Assembly (NCBI GenBank): GCA_964429275.1
Contig: CAYSBJ010000001.1
Location: 124,001 to 188,000, forward strand
Direction: 5' to 3'
DNA from: an uncultured Pseudomonadota bacterium
Lineage (GTDB): Bacteria; Babelota; Babeliae; Babelales; JAUPTZ01
Length of the DNA: 64,000 nucleotides
The position numbers and the translations under genes are program-made. Below, in pieces: positions 19,741 through 29,784 of the stretch. A model generated the notes under the pieces. That model was not told where the DNA came from. It saw nothing but the letters and a program-made list of their open reading frames with translations, and did not search any database. Position 1 is the stretch's first letter; each line of letters starts with the position of its first letter.

Positions 19741-20517
19741 CTACTTCGCCTTCTCTGATATCATAGTAATTGGCCCTTCTGAAAGGCCGCGGATGAATTG
19801 GTGGATATACGGATTCTCTTCTTGCCAGATGGTTTTTGCGTCGCCGATATAAAGAATGCGGCCCTCATGGAGCATGGCAACTCGGTCGGCGTAATTAAAA
19901 ACATCCGGATCGTGTGAGATAACTACGGTGGTTGTCTTGTTTTCATCATGCGTCTTACGCATTAATTCATGAATCATGCGAACTGAAATTGGGTCCAGGC
20001 CGGTCGTTGGTTCATCGTAAATGAGGATTTTAGGGCTACGCATAAGAGTGCGCGCCAAGCCTACCCGCTTCTTCATACCACCGGAGAGTTCTGACGGGTA
20101 CCGGCTTGCGATGGCCGGGTCAAGGCCTACAGAAAGCAATTTGTCTTTAACAAGAGGTAATACCTCTTTTTCGGTCATGCCAGCCTCAATAAGGGTAATA
20201 CCAACATTTTCAGCTACGCTTAGAGAATCAAGAAGAGCGGCGAATTGGAATACATAGCCGCATGATTGAAAAACCTTTTCTTGTGCTTGGTGGTCCTTGG
20301 CGATGGTTAGATCGGTGTCATCTACAATAACAGTGCCGCTATCTGGTTTAATGAGGCCGATCATTTGCTTGAGCAGAACTGATTTTCCCTCGCCGGACCG
20401 GCCAATGATGGCGAGGAATTCACCCTCAACAATAGAAAGGTTGAGGTCTCGACTAATGACTTTTGGGCCGAAAGCTTTGTGAAGATTAATGAGTTTTATG
20501 ATGTATTTTTTTGTCAT
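19741..20517 (-). CDS. mlaF: ABC transporter ATPase, MlaF/Ttg2A-like
   Basis: GRSGEGKS, LSGGMKKRVGLAR, YDEPTTGLDP; adjacent to mlaE. Confidence 0.85.
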   Translation of the reverse strand: MTKKYIIKLINLHKAFGPKVISRDLNLSIVEGEFLAIIGRSGEGKSVLLKQMIGLIKPDSGTVIVDDTDLTIAKDHQAQEKVFQSCGYVFQFAALLDSLSVAENVGITLIEAGMTEKEVLPLVKDKLLSVGLDPAIASRYPSELSGGMKKRVGLARTLMRSPKILIYDEPTTGLDPISVRMIHELMRKTHDENKTTTVVISHDPDVFNYADRVAMLHEGRILYIGDAKTIWQEENPYIHQFIRGLSEGPITMISEKAK

Positions 20518-21293
20518 AGTGCACTCGAAATTGCGTCGAGAATGTAGTCGGCTATGAGCGTTGCAAGGCAAGCGGTCACCACGCTTTGTGTTGTGGAGTT
20601 TCCTACTTCCCGAGCGCCACCACGAGTGTGGTATCCCTTAAATGTGGCAATGCTGCCTATTAGGAATCCAAAGACTATCGACTTAAGTAAGCCGTGGACA
20701 ATGTCTCCCGGAACAACTGTTTGTTGAATTGAGGTGATGTATAGTTCATGGTTAACCTTGAGTACCATGACCGCTATTACGTAGCCTCCGATGATACCAC
20801 ACAAAGAGCAGAACATTGAAACAAGCGGCATCGCAATGGTTGTAGCTAGAATGCGCGGTATGATTAAGTATTGTTTTACGTTAAGACCAAGGGTTCGTAA
20901 AGCATCAATTTGCTCTGTAATTTGCATGGTTCCGATTTCAGCAGTCATTGCAGAGCCAGCTCGACCGGTTACCATGATAGCTGAAAGCATGGGCCCGAAC
21001 TCTCGAACCATTCCCATAAAAACAACTGGCCCCACGAATTGAAAAGCACCAAAGCGACTGAGGCCGAGATGGGTTTGGATGGCGAGTACTGAGCCTACGG
21101 CAAGTCCTGTTGTGGCGATAACTGGCAACGAGTTAACGCCGATATAATTAATTTGCGCCAGAAGCTTACCAAGGTTAACTCCATACTCAATAAAAGAGCG
21201 CATTGAATCATATAAAAAGAGAGCAAATACTCCACACCGATGTACAGCTTGTTGGGTGTACGACCCCAAGGTGTTAATCGCGTCTAGTATCAT
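20514..21293 (-). CDS. mlaE: MlaE-family ABC permease
   Basis: REFGP, GRAGSAMTAEIGTMQITEQIDAL, VGNSTTQSVV. Confidence 0.92.
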   Translation of the reverse strand: MILDAINTLGSYTQQAVHRCGVFALFLYDSMRSFIEYGVNLGKLLAQINYIGVNSLPVIATTGLAVGSVLAIQTHLGLSRFGAFQFVGPVVFMGMVREFGPMLSAIMVTGRAGSAMTAEIGTMQITEQIDALRTLGLNVKQYLIIPRILATTIAMPLVSMFCSLCGIIGGYVIAVMVLKVNHELYITSIQQTVVPGDIVHGLLKSIVFGFLIGSIATFKGYHTRGGAREVGNSTTQSVVTACLATLIADYILDAISSAL

Positions 21294-21320
21294 AGGTGTA
21301 TTTCTCTTTTAAGAATAAAC

Positions 21321-21608
21321 TTACTCGGTTGGTGTTGGTGCCGACTGTTCTGCCACAACTATGCGGGTTGAGTCAAGTTGTCGCATTTTTAGTACCGTCA
21401 GACTGAGTGAGCCAATAAGGAAAATAGCGCCGAAAGCCCATGTTAGTTTTTGAAAGAAGGTTTGTCCGCCAGAGCCGCCAAAGAGAGTTTGAGTGCCGCT
21501 ATGGAGTGCGCCAAGGCCCATATCACCCTTGCCTTGCTGGATCATAACCAAGACGCCTAAGACGAAGGCACAGAAAATAAAGAGCCCGACAAGTAAAGAA
21601 ACGATCAT
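21321..21608 (-). CDS. secG: Preprotein translocase subunit SecG
   Basis: Two TM helices separated by VMIQQGKG...LFGGSG, then KLTW. Confidence 0.9.
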   Translation of the reverse strand: MIVSLLVGLFIFCAFVLGVLVMIQQGKGDMGLGALHSGTQTLFGGSGGQTFFQKLTWAFGAIFLIGSLSLTVLKMRQLDSTRIVVAEQSAPTPTE

Positions 21609-21774
21609 GAAAACCTCATTTTTATAAAGGATTAAGAGATAAAATTAGAGTAGGCAGTCTACTAACTTTTTAGGCATATTCAAATACTAGGGACAAATTC
21701 CTTGGTTTTTTTTATAGATCAGCTATGTTAGGGCCACCTTAGTAGTACGAGTGCACCATCCAGCAGGAGTTTTT

Positions 21775-23142
21775 ATGAATATCCGTCTAGTCGTCTTTTA
21801 TGCATTACTTCCCTTGTCTTTGTCGGCAACCGGCCCAGTAATAAGCCGCTATATCCCCTCGTTTATTTCAAGCTCTGCTCAGACGGTTCAGATGCCGTCA
21901 TTGCGCCCGACTTTTTCAGTAACAACGCGAAATGGCCATGCCTCTAATTCTTCTAGCTTCGTCAATGAACCGCAGGAGATGTACAAATTTGACGGCCTTA
22001 TGGAGATGGGCGGGCTCTATGATTTTCATGAAATGGCTTGTTCAGCCAAAGAAGCAGTGCCGGGTATTGTTTCGCCTTTTTACCGTGAAACAGGGGCTGA
22101 TACTTTGGCCTCACGACAACTTCTTTTTGGTGCACAAAGTAGTGTTTCTTACTACGGCCTCGATTTGACCGCCGAGCTTCCTCTTTCTTCTCGAGTAAAA
22201 TGCGGTTTTACGGTTCCGCTGTTTCATGTGGAGGCTCGTCAGCGATATGATTTCCCTATTCTTTCCGCTGACAATACAGTTTCTTTTGCCCAAGTTGAGC
22301 AGACGCACCGGTTGCGCCAGCTTTTGCATCAAGACTTGGGAATGGTACAGAAGGATTGGATTGTAAATAGTATTGGGGACTTGAGTGGCTGGATTGAGTA
22401 TGCGCAGAGCTGGAGCTATATTTGGTTGCTGCGCACCCTTCAAGTTGGTGGTCGACTTAGTATCAGTGCCCCTGTGGCGAAAACAGAGGATGTGGCGTAT
22501 CCAGCCTCTTTTGCGTTGGGAAATCCCGGTTCATGGGGGATTGGGCTTTCTTTGGTACCACGTGCTGAGATTAAAGAGGCAATATGGCTTCAGTCTCCAG
22601 TTAGCCTTGTGGTGCAAACTCCTTCTTTGCGGACTCAGCGGCTGCCGGTTTACGGAGAGCCTCTACAGTTTGGGGTTCTTCAGGGCTTAGTGCGGACAGT
22701 CCCCGGGATTACTGTTTCGTGGGAACCAACAGTTTTTTTCCAGCATTTTATCGACAACCTCCACCTGTTCGGGGGGATATCTATAATGAAGCACTACAGC
22801 GATGCAATGAGTGATCGCCGAACAAACCAAGCAACACCAAGCTATCTTACTCGCACTACTGTGCCACAAGGATCGCATGTAGGTATTCCAGGCGGCATTG
22901 ATGGATCCTTGCTTGCGTCTAAGGCCCAAGCTGGCCTTGCGCAGTTGCAACAGGTGCAGAAGAAGATTTACAGTAATTGGCAACGCACTTACCTTATGCT
23001 TGGTGTTCAGTATGAATTGGTCGATCTGTTTGCAGGGGTTAAGTATGCCCCGACGCTTAATTTGAATTTTAATTATTGTGTTGGCGCGACTCGCGCGGCA
23101 CGGATGCACCAAATATCGGCTGGATTGTCCTGGAGATTCTAG
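21775..23142 (+). CDS. Putative outer-membrane beta-barrel protein (lineage family, copy A)
   Basis: AGGAG RBS, signal peptide, alternating beta-strand patterns, IGDL...AP...LGNPGSWGIG motif, C-terminal ...GLSWRF aromatic end. Confidence 0.6.
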   Translation: MNIRLVVFYALLPLSLSATGPVISRYIPSFISSSAQTVQMPSLRPTFSVTTRNGHASNSSSFVNEPQEMYKFDGLMEMGGLYDFHEMACSAKEAVPGIVSPFYRETGADTLASRQLLFGAQSSVSYYGLDLTAELPLSSRVKCGFTVPLFHVEARQRYDFPILSADNTVSFAQVEQTHRLRQLLHQDLGMVQKDWIVNSIGDLSGWIEYAQSWSYIWLLRTLQVGGRLSISAPVAKTEDVAYPASFALGNPGSWGIGLSLVPRAEIKEAIWLQSPVSLVVQTPSLRTQRLPVYGEPLQFGVLQGLVRTVPGITVSWEPTVFFQHFIDNLHLFGGISIMKHYSDAMSDRRTNQATPSYLTRTTVPQGSHVGIPGGIDGSLLASKAQAGLAQLQQVQKKIYSNWQRTYLMLGVQYELVDLFAGVKYAPTLNLNFNYCVGATRAARMHQISAGLSWRF

Positions 23143-23152
23143 TTTTTTTCGG

Positions 23153-24628
23153 TTAATAACGATTTTCGATCTGATCTGCAATGAGGACTGGCCAAAGAGT
23201 TGTTTTGGCGAATTCGTTAGTTCCATAAGAAGAGTCGATTGAGCGTTGTGGGAAGTAAATTGACATGCCGCTTGCGCGGGCAAGGTAGCGGCCGGCGGTA
23301 TTGATGGTGATAGTGTTTTTTATAGCTGTAAGCCCGTCTGTAAGGGAGACTTTTATTTTCCTGAGGAGTTCGTTATCGATTCTTGGGATTGCCATGTTTC
23401 GATTGCTTTGGTTGTCCAGGACGCAGTTAACATTTTTGAGAAGCTCTTGATAAAATGATTGAAGGTCGATGTAGTCTGAGAGGCTGAATGATAACGCTTG
23501 GAATTTTGCTTGTTGGATGAATATTTTCATGCGCTGAGGATCTTGTTTTTTTGCAGCCATCAAGAGGGTAACAAGGTTGTCGATGTGCTCTTTAATCGTG
23601 GATATCTTGCTGAGATCAACACATGATTGGGTGAAGTAACTTGTGCGGCTTAGGTAGTATTGTTCATATGCTTCGACGATAATTTTTCCCAGATCTTTTG
23701 CGGAGGTTTGTTTTGTAGAGAGTCGTTCTATTATGTCTCCGTAGGGCCAACCTTGAGCGAATTCAAATTCTTCTGAAGCCACAAAATAGTGGGCAAAATC
23801 TTTTAATTGATCGGCTACTTCTATCATGCCCATGAGGCAAGCATCCATTCCTATGAGGTCGATCTTTTTGCCCCCAAGGAATTTTGTTGATATGGTTTGC
23901 AGGGTATTGCGAAGTTCTTCGTTAGAAAGGTAGGTGTGGCGTTCGTCATCAAAAAGGATGCTGCGATCTGTTGGAATACTGTTTTTTGTTGCTCGAGAAA
24001 GCCCTTCTTCTGAGTTTCCAGTCAGATATCCGGTGCGCCAATTATTATTCATATTTCTTAAATAAGCTGGTCGATTGCGCTCTTGGACTGGGTCTAGGCA
24101 GCCGTAGCCATGGTTCCAGAAAATAAAGGCGTAATGTTCAGCCGGATAGTTGGTTACTGCCCAGTTGGCAGTGTGTATGACTTCTTCGGCGATAGTGGAT
24201 TTGGTTGTTCTGGCTGAAACCTCTTCTATGACACAACATCCTTGTTCAATACGGTATTTCCATGACTTGTCGCCAGTTTTGTGTAGGTCTACAAGTAGAT
24301 TAACTCGGGCCGATGAGCCCCAGCGCATCATTTCTTTCATGTTTTTATGGGCAAAACTCTCTAGATTGTTACTTGCTTGGACAAGTATAACGATGGTCCA
24401 TTCTGCCTTAGCACGGGGTGTCTTTGTTGTGGGCTGAAGGGCAAGATGGTGTGAATTATTTTTTTTAGCGTGGCGGTTTTGATTAAAGCGGTTGCTGCCT
24501 TCAATAAGGCGCGTTTCTGCCTCGATTGCCTCAAGGCTGCACGGGACAGTTTCATTAAAAATTTCGGCCTGACCTGTAAAAATTGTCAGCCCGAAAAGAA
24601 ACAAAATAAATTTCATTGCATTTTTCAT
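23153..24628 (-). CDS. Clostripain-family (C11) cysteine peptidase with signal peptide
   Basis: EWTIVILVQASNNL, FWNHGYG, DLIGMDACLMG, ASEEFE, GMSIYFP. Confidence 0.88.
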   Translation of the reverse strand: MKNAMKFILFLFGLTIFTGQAEIFNETVPCSLEAIEAETRLIEGSNRFNQNRHAKKNNSHHLALQPTTKTPRAKAEWTIVILVQASNNLESFAHKNMKEMMRWGSSARVNLLVDLHKTGDKSWKYRIEQGCCVIEEVSARTTKSTIAEEVIHTANWAVTNYPAEHYAFIFWNHGYGCLDPVQERNRPAYLRNMNNNWRTGYLTGNSEEGLSRATKNSIPTDRSILFDDERHTYLSNEELRNTLQTISTKFLGGKKIDLIGMDACLMGMIEVADQLKDFAHYFVASEEFEFAQGWPYGDIIERLSTKQTSAKDLGKIIVEAYEQYYLSRTSYFTQSCVDLSKISTIKEHIDNLVTLLMAAKKQDPQRMKIFIQQAKFQALSFSLSDYIDLQSFYQELLKNVNCVLDNQSNRNMAIPRIDNELLRKIKVSLTDGLTAIKNTITINTAGRYLARASGMSIYFPQRSIDSSYGTNEFAKTTLWPVLIADQIENRY

Positions 24629-24816
24629 ATGGCCTCATTGCATTGTATCCGCGCGGAAAAAGCGGCCACAAAAAGGTTTATTTGGATGTCCTTGGCTTTT
24701 ATTAGCTTAATTAATTTTCAGTGAGAAAATGAATGGTACTGAAAAAATCGCTTCTATCGCCGCAATAGATCGGACGAAGCGTTTTCGGCATTTGAGCAGG
24801 TATTTTTTTTTGTTTT

Positions 24817-24825
24817 TGTTATAAT
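24817..24825 (+). promoter_or_regulatory. Extended -10 promoter element for leuS
   Basis: TGTTATAAT about 50 bp upstream of the leuS ATG. Confidence 0.45.
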
Positions 24826-24876
24826 GACGCCGCTTTTTAACTATTTTTTAACTCTTGTTTTGCAAGGATCAGCGCG

Positions 24877-27321
24877 ATGGCAGCATATAATCATGAACTT
24901 ATTGAGAAGAAGTGGCGGGCTTTTTGGGAAAAAACGCCCTACTTACGCTCAAAAGGGGTTGATGAGGCTAAAACTTTCTATTGCCTTGACATGTTTCCGT
25001 ATCCATCTGGGTCAGGCCTTCACGTTGGCCACTGGAAAGGGTATGTTTTTTCAGACGTGTATGCCCGTCGAAAGATTTTAGAAGGGTACAATGTTCTTCA
25101 TCCCATGGGGTGGGATGCTTTTGGGTTGCCCGCTGAAAATGATGCGATTAAGAAAAAAATTCATCCTGCAGCGGGGACGGCGAGCAATATTGCGACTTTC
25201 AAGCGTCAATTGGCGACAATTGGAGCAGTGTATGATTGGTCAAAAGAGCTTAATACGACAGACCCTTCGTATTATAAGTGGACTCAGTGGATCTTTTTGC
25301 AGATGTACAAGGCTGGCCTTGCGTATGAAGACTTTATGCCTATTAATTGGTGCCCAAACTGCTTGACTGGTCTGGCAAACGAGGAGGTTGTTGGTGAGGG
25401 GTGCGAGCGTTGTGGTGCGAAAGTTGAGCAAAAAAGCATTCGCCAGTGGGTTCTTAAAATTACCTCATATGCTGACAAGTTGTTGCAGGGGCTTGATTCT
25501 TTGGAGTGGCCAGAAAAGGTTAAGCTTATGCAGCGGAATTGGATTGGCCGCAGTAAAGGATTGCTTTTTACTGCTCCGGTAAAAGGCTTGGAGCTGACTA
25601 TTCAAACATTTAATGCTCATTTTGAGGCGTTTGCTTCCGATACTTTTGTTACTATTGCCCCTGACCATGCCTTGTTGCCAACGCTGCTTGAAGGGGTGGA
25701 AAACCGGGATGAAATTCAGGCTTTTTGTGAACAAATGCTCGCGCGGCGCGAAGCCCGCGGTCGCTCAGAAGAAGAAGAATCTGAAGGGATTTTCACTGGT
25801 CGTTATATCATTGATCCGGTGAGTGGAAATGATTTGCCGATTTGGGTGGCAAGCTTTGTTGTTCGTGACTACGGGACCGGCATTGTTAAATGCTCTGCTC
25901 ACGATGAGCGCGATTTTGCTTTTGCGAAAAAATATAATATTCGTTTGAAACCAGTGCTTTTTCCTGCTGATCCGGTGGAGGCAGAAAAAGTTGCACGGCT
26001 TGAATACTGCTATACCGACATGGTGAATGGTATTTTGCGTGCTCCAAGTGCATTTGATGGTCGCGTGTCTGGCCAGTGCCGTCAGGAAATTATCCGTTAT
26101 TGCCAAGACAATGAACTGGCAACCCCTAAGGTTAGCTTCCGACTGCGCGATTGGATTTTCTCTCGCCAACGTTATTGGGGTGAACCAATTCCGCTGGTGC
26201 ATTGTGATACATGTGGCGTAGTTCCAGTGCCTGAAAATGAGCTGCCAATTGCTTTACCTGACGTGGAGAATTATGAACCGACTGGTACTGGTGAGTCGCC
26301 ATTGGCTGCTATTGACTGGTGGGTGAATACGACCTGCCCACAATGTAAAGGACCTGGTAAGCGCGAGACAAACACAATGCCTCAATGGGCGGGTTCTTGT
26401 TGGTATTTCCTTCGGTATCCAAATCCGAATCTCGAGACAGCTGCGTTTAGCAAAGACGATATGCAAAAATGGTTGCCGGTTGATTTGTATGTGGGCGGTG
26501 TAGAGCATGCCATATTGCACCTGCTCTATTCTCGCTTCTTTATCCATGTATTGCATGATTTGGGATTTCTACAGTTTTCAGAGCCGTTTAAACATCTCTT
26601 TAATCAGGGTATGGTTTGCATGCGGTCGCCAAAGACTGGTCGTGTCGAAAAAATGTCAAAATCTAAAGGGAACGTGGTTAACCCCGATGAAATTGTCCAA
26701 GAATTGGGTGCAGATACACTGCGGATGTACATGCTCTTTATGGGCCCACCGGAATTAGATACTGAATGGCAGATGGAGTCCATTAAAGGGGTCCATGGGT
26801 TTATTGGTCGGTTGTGGGTTTTCTTAACCAATCCTGAAAATCGCTGCGGTAAGGCGACGCCGGAGTCATACAAAGCATTCCATCGCTTTCTAGCCTCGTA
26901 TACTCAGCGAATTGACCAGTATAAGGTGAATACGGCCGTTGCGTCTCTTATGGAGTACCTAAACGTTCTAACAAAGAACAGGCTTCAGCTTGATGATGAC
27001 TTATTAAGGCAATTTTTGACTGCTCTTTCGGTAATGACTCCTCATGTTGCATCCGAGCTGCTTGAATTGTTGTTGGGCGTTTCGCTTGAAGAGTGCGTGT
27101 GGCCAGTTGCTGATGCAAGCTGCCTGTCTGATGAAACAGTAGTAGTTGTTGTGCAGGTAAATGGTAAGCTCCGTGCGCAATTGACGGTTGATCGATCAAT
27201 CTCGCGTGATGACCTTGTTGCGCGCGCAGAAGTGGCAGCTTCTCGTTGGCTAACTGGTACTGTCGTGAAAACGGTGGTGGTGCCAGAAAAGCTTGTAAGT
27301 TTTGTCGTGAAAGAATCATAG
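24877..27321 (+). CDS. leuS: Leucine--tRNA ligase
   Basis: [42 protein letters not shown]. Confidence 0.97.
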   Translation: MAAYNHELIEKKWRAFWEKTPYLRSKGVDEAKTFYCLDMFPYPSGSGLHVGHWKGYVFSDVYARRKILEGYNVLHPMGWDAFGLPAENDAIKKKIHPAAGTASNIATFKRQLATIGAVYDWSKELNTTDPSYYKWTQWIFLQMYKAGLAYEDFMPINWCPNCLTGLANEEVVGEGCERCGAKVEQKSIRQWVLKITSYADKLLQGLDSLEWPEKVKLMQRNWIGRSKGLLFTAPVKGLELTIQTFNAHFEAFASDTFVTIAPDHALLPTLLEGVENRDEIQAFCEQMLARREARGRSEEEESEGIFTGRYIIDPVSGNDLPIWVASFVVRDYGTGIVKCSAHDERDFAFAKKYNIRLKPVLFPADPVEAEKVARLEYCYTDMVNGILRAPSAFDGRVSGQCRQEIIRYCQDNELATPKVSFRLRDWIFSRQRYWGEPIPLVHCDTCGVVPVPENELPIALPDVENYEPTGTGESPLAAIDWWVNTTCPQCKGPGKRETNTMPQWAGSCWYFLRYPNPNLETAAFSKDDMQKWLPVDLYVGGVEHAILHLLYSRFFIHVLHDLGFLQFSEPFKHLFNQGMVCMRSPKTGRVEKMSKSKGNVVNPDEIVQELGADTLRMYMLFMGPPELDTEWQMESIKGVHGFIGRLWVFLTNPENRCGKATPESYKAFHRFLASYTQRIDQYKVNTAVASLMEYLNVLTKNRLQLDDDLLRQFLTALSVMTPHVASELLELLLGVSLEECVWPVADASCLSDETVVVVVQVNGKLRAQLTVDRSISRDDLVARAEVAASRWLTGTVVKTVVVPEKLVSFVVKES

Positions 27322-27323
27322 TT

Positions 27324-28469
27324 TTGATTGTGGTGCGCATACGATTATTTCTTGTAATAGCGCTGATTCTGAATACAAAATCAGCGCTATTCGCTTCTGA
27401 GGAGTTGAGCCCTTTCTCCGAGTTATTGCAGCTCTCACAAAATAAAGATTTTCTTTATGAGCAAACTGCTGTGCCATCGTCGTTGCGGAAATTTTTTATA
27501 CCTCTCTCTTTAGCGTATGAGGATACTGCGCCACTAGAAGGTTGGTGCACACGAATCAATAAGCTTTTGGTTAGTTTGTCTTTGCCGACCTCAGTTCACT
27601 ATGTGGCCCGTAAGTATGCGCCTTCTGTTTATGAGCTTGTTGGTTCTATGTGTGCAACTATGAACATAGAAACGACACTTATTTTTGTAGCGCGCAGAAG
27701 TAACAAGCATATTAAGGCGATTGAGGCGTTTTCGCTTGGCGGTGGGTTTAACGCATTGGTATTTAGTCATGTATTTATTGGGCGTCGAACTGGATGTGAA
27801 ATACGGGCTGTTGTCGCTCGTGAATTAACTAAACTTGCGCGTCGACATTGTGAAAAGAAGAATCTTGCGCGTAAAATTTGGTGGGGTCTAGCTGGCTCTA
27901 TTGCCGCGGTGGGAGCGGTAAGTTGTCTCCGGATAGCTATGAAAAACGGCGACTGGTGGCATCATGCTAAAGAACTTATTAGCTATCATTCCACGTCAGG
28001 TTTAATTTCTCTTTTGGGGGTTGCTGGATGTGGATTAACGGCAGAAATTATTGATATGTATTTGAGTCGAAAATATCAGCGCGAGGCCGATTTATTTGCG
28101 CTTAAAGCATTTGGCGGGCGGCCACAAGAGTATCTTGAAGCACTGAAGAGTGTTGAGATTGATGAGGCATTACGAAGGCAGCGCATTGATCATCACTATG
28201 CTGATCATTATCGGTATATTGACGCAAAAATCTCAGAGATTGGCGATAGAGTGTGTCCACGAGTGGCGACATTTCTAAAGAATGAATTACTTATGTATCG
28301 TAAGCGGCAAACAGAAATGCCCGCTATGTTACAAAAAGCGGGCATTTTCGATACGCGGTATTCTTTAGATGAGCGAATAGCTTATGTGCATGAGCATGCA
28401 TCTTTTTTGCGCAATGACATTATGCGGCCGAAGAGCTATATGCCTTCTGAAGATGATGTAGTCGTGTAA
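27324..28469 (+). CDS. M48 peptidase-like protein with degenerate active site
   Basis: M48-like layout (AFSLG, EIRAVVARELTKLARRH, SRKYQREAD, DTRYSLDERI), but HExxH is replaced by RELTK. Start uncertain (TTG 27324 or GTG 27330). Confidence 0.65.
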   Translation: MIVVRIRLFLVIALILNTKSALFASEELSPFSELLQLSQNKDFLYEQTAVPSSLRKFFIPLSLAYEDTAPLEGWCTRINKLLVSLSLPTSVHYVARKYAPSVYELVGSMCATMNIETTLIFVARRSNKHIKAIEAFSLGGGFNALVFSHVFIGRRTGCEIRAVVARELTKLARRHCEKKNLARKIWWGLAGSIAAVGAVSCLRIAMKNGDWWHHAKELISYHSTSGLISLLGVAGCGLTAEIIDMYLSRKYQREADLFALKAFGGRPQEYLEALKSVEIDEALRRQRIDHHYADHYRYIDAKISEIGDRVCPRVATFLKNELLMYRKRQTEMPAMLQKAGIFDTRYSLDERIAYVHEHASFLRNDIMRPKSYMPSEDDVVV

Positions 28470-28956
28470 GTGTTTGATTGATCCAATGTTGGTAGCGTGA
28501 AAAGCTGATACGCAAAGAGTTTTCTATTTTTTTTGTCTGAATTTTGGTGCTTTTTACTTTTTGGGCTACGAATTCATTAAAATTTTCTGGCGCTGGCTCG
28601 TAGATTTCAATTGTTTTTTCTTCCTCTGTTGCTTGCATAGTTTCGAGAATGACCCGTTCACGCTCAATTTCTGCTTTAATGGCGGACAATAGATCAAGAT
28701 AAATCATGACGCTTTGGTCTGTGCGATCTCTGGATGGCTCTTCTTTTATTATGTGCGCACTTTGCATTTGCAGTAATAATTCAGAAGCTGCTTTGTAGCC
28801 AACAGAGATCGTTTTGTAGAAATAATCGAGTTGCTCTGTCATGGCTTCAATACGAGCAAGAGCTTCCTGCAATGATTTTCTTTGTAGGGCATCGTTAATC
28901 GGTCGAATGAGTACAGTATATGTTTGTTCCATCTCGGGTTTTGCTTGATTTTGCAT
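28420..28956 (-). CDS. Hypothetical helical/coiled-coil protein
   Basis: 178-aa ORF with an AAGGAG RBS upstream; no recognised family. Confidence 0.7.
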   Translation of the reverse strand: MQNQAKPEMEQTYTVLIRPINDALQRKSLQEALARIEAMTEQLDYFYKTISVGYKAASELLLQMQSAHIIKEEPSRDRTDQSVMIYLDLLSAIKAEIERERVILETMQATEEEKTIEIYEPAPENFNEFVAQKVKSTKIQTKKIENSLRISFSRYQHWINQTLTRLHHLQKAYSSSAA

Positions 28957-29478
28957 TAATGCTCCTTACGGTTAAGGTAAAAACAATTATAAAAGCTGCT
29001 TTTAGGGTGCAGATTCTACTGTGTTTTGGATGAAAAGCAAAGAAGATAGCCGAACCTTTTTTCTCTTTTTATCTCATTGCGTAATAGTAATCGCCACAGA
29101 AATTATCCAGAATCGTAATGACGCTGGTCGGTAAATGATTTTTATTGTTCTAGGCACTCCATTCGACAAAAGCCCAGCTTCTTTTTAATTGTATAAGCAA
29201 GTCGGAGTAAACGGGTGCTCGGTCTCTTTATCTACCATTTTGCCTAGTTATGCACAAAAATGTGAGTAATTGGGCGTGAGGAGTCATTTTTTCCTCGCAC
29301 CAAAAACGGTTCTTAGCGATGTCTCTTTTTGAGGCAGTTTCAAAAAGCCGATTGGATCGGCCTTCCTGAGAAGTTACATAATATTAGTGGAGCGACGGGA
29401 TTGGGTTATTTGCTCAATTGTGGCACACCCCCCCCTATACGATGGTTTTTAAAGATGCTAGATTGTTTTTAGGTTTAA

Positions 29479-29784
29479 ATGAAAAAAAAGGCTTATCTAA
29501 TGATACATTCTTCTTATTATATCTCTTCGATGGACGCTGCTTGTCGCCCGTTTTCCGAACCATTCCTTGTTCTTGGGGACCATGAAACTGTTACCCCTGC
29601 CGATTTGGTGGCAGGAGCTGTCGCTGATGGTGTTAGGACCATTGTCATAGAGCGAAGTCGAGCAGGGTCCTATTGCAGGCCCTTTGAGCGAGAGCTTGTT
29701 GGCGGGGTCTCATACTTTTTTGTACGATCTCTTTCGGCGACATTGTCCCGATGGCAAGCAATCCCGCTCGTCAAAGCCGAATAA
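29479..29784 (+). CDS. Hypothetical protein, weak resemblance to a Mur-ligase N-terminal domain
   Basis: 101-aa ORF; AVADGVRTIVIE...FFVRSLSATLSRW pattern. Confidence 0.4.
   Translation: MKKKAYLMIHSSYYISSMDAACRPFSEPFLVLGDHETVTPADLVAGAVADGVRTIVIERSRAGSYCRPFERELVGGVSYFFVRSLSATLSRWQAIPLVKAE

Noticed and set aside
22220..22235. parS-like TGTTTCATGTGGAGGC near the origin
   Set aside because: The right half deviates at several positions from TGTTTCACGTGAAACA and the site lies in coding sequence; no clean parS was seen.
29385..29435. Minus-strand GGGGTG...TCCCGTCGCTCCACTA resembling a tRNA-Ala/tmRNA acceptor end
   Set aside because: Only ~50 nt, no TTCRA T-loop, a 6-bp acceptor and CTA rather than CCA; no tag reading frame.
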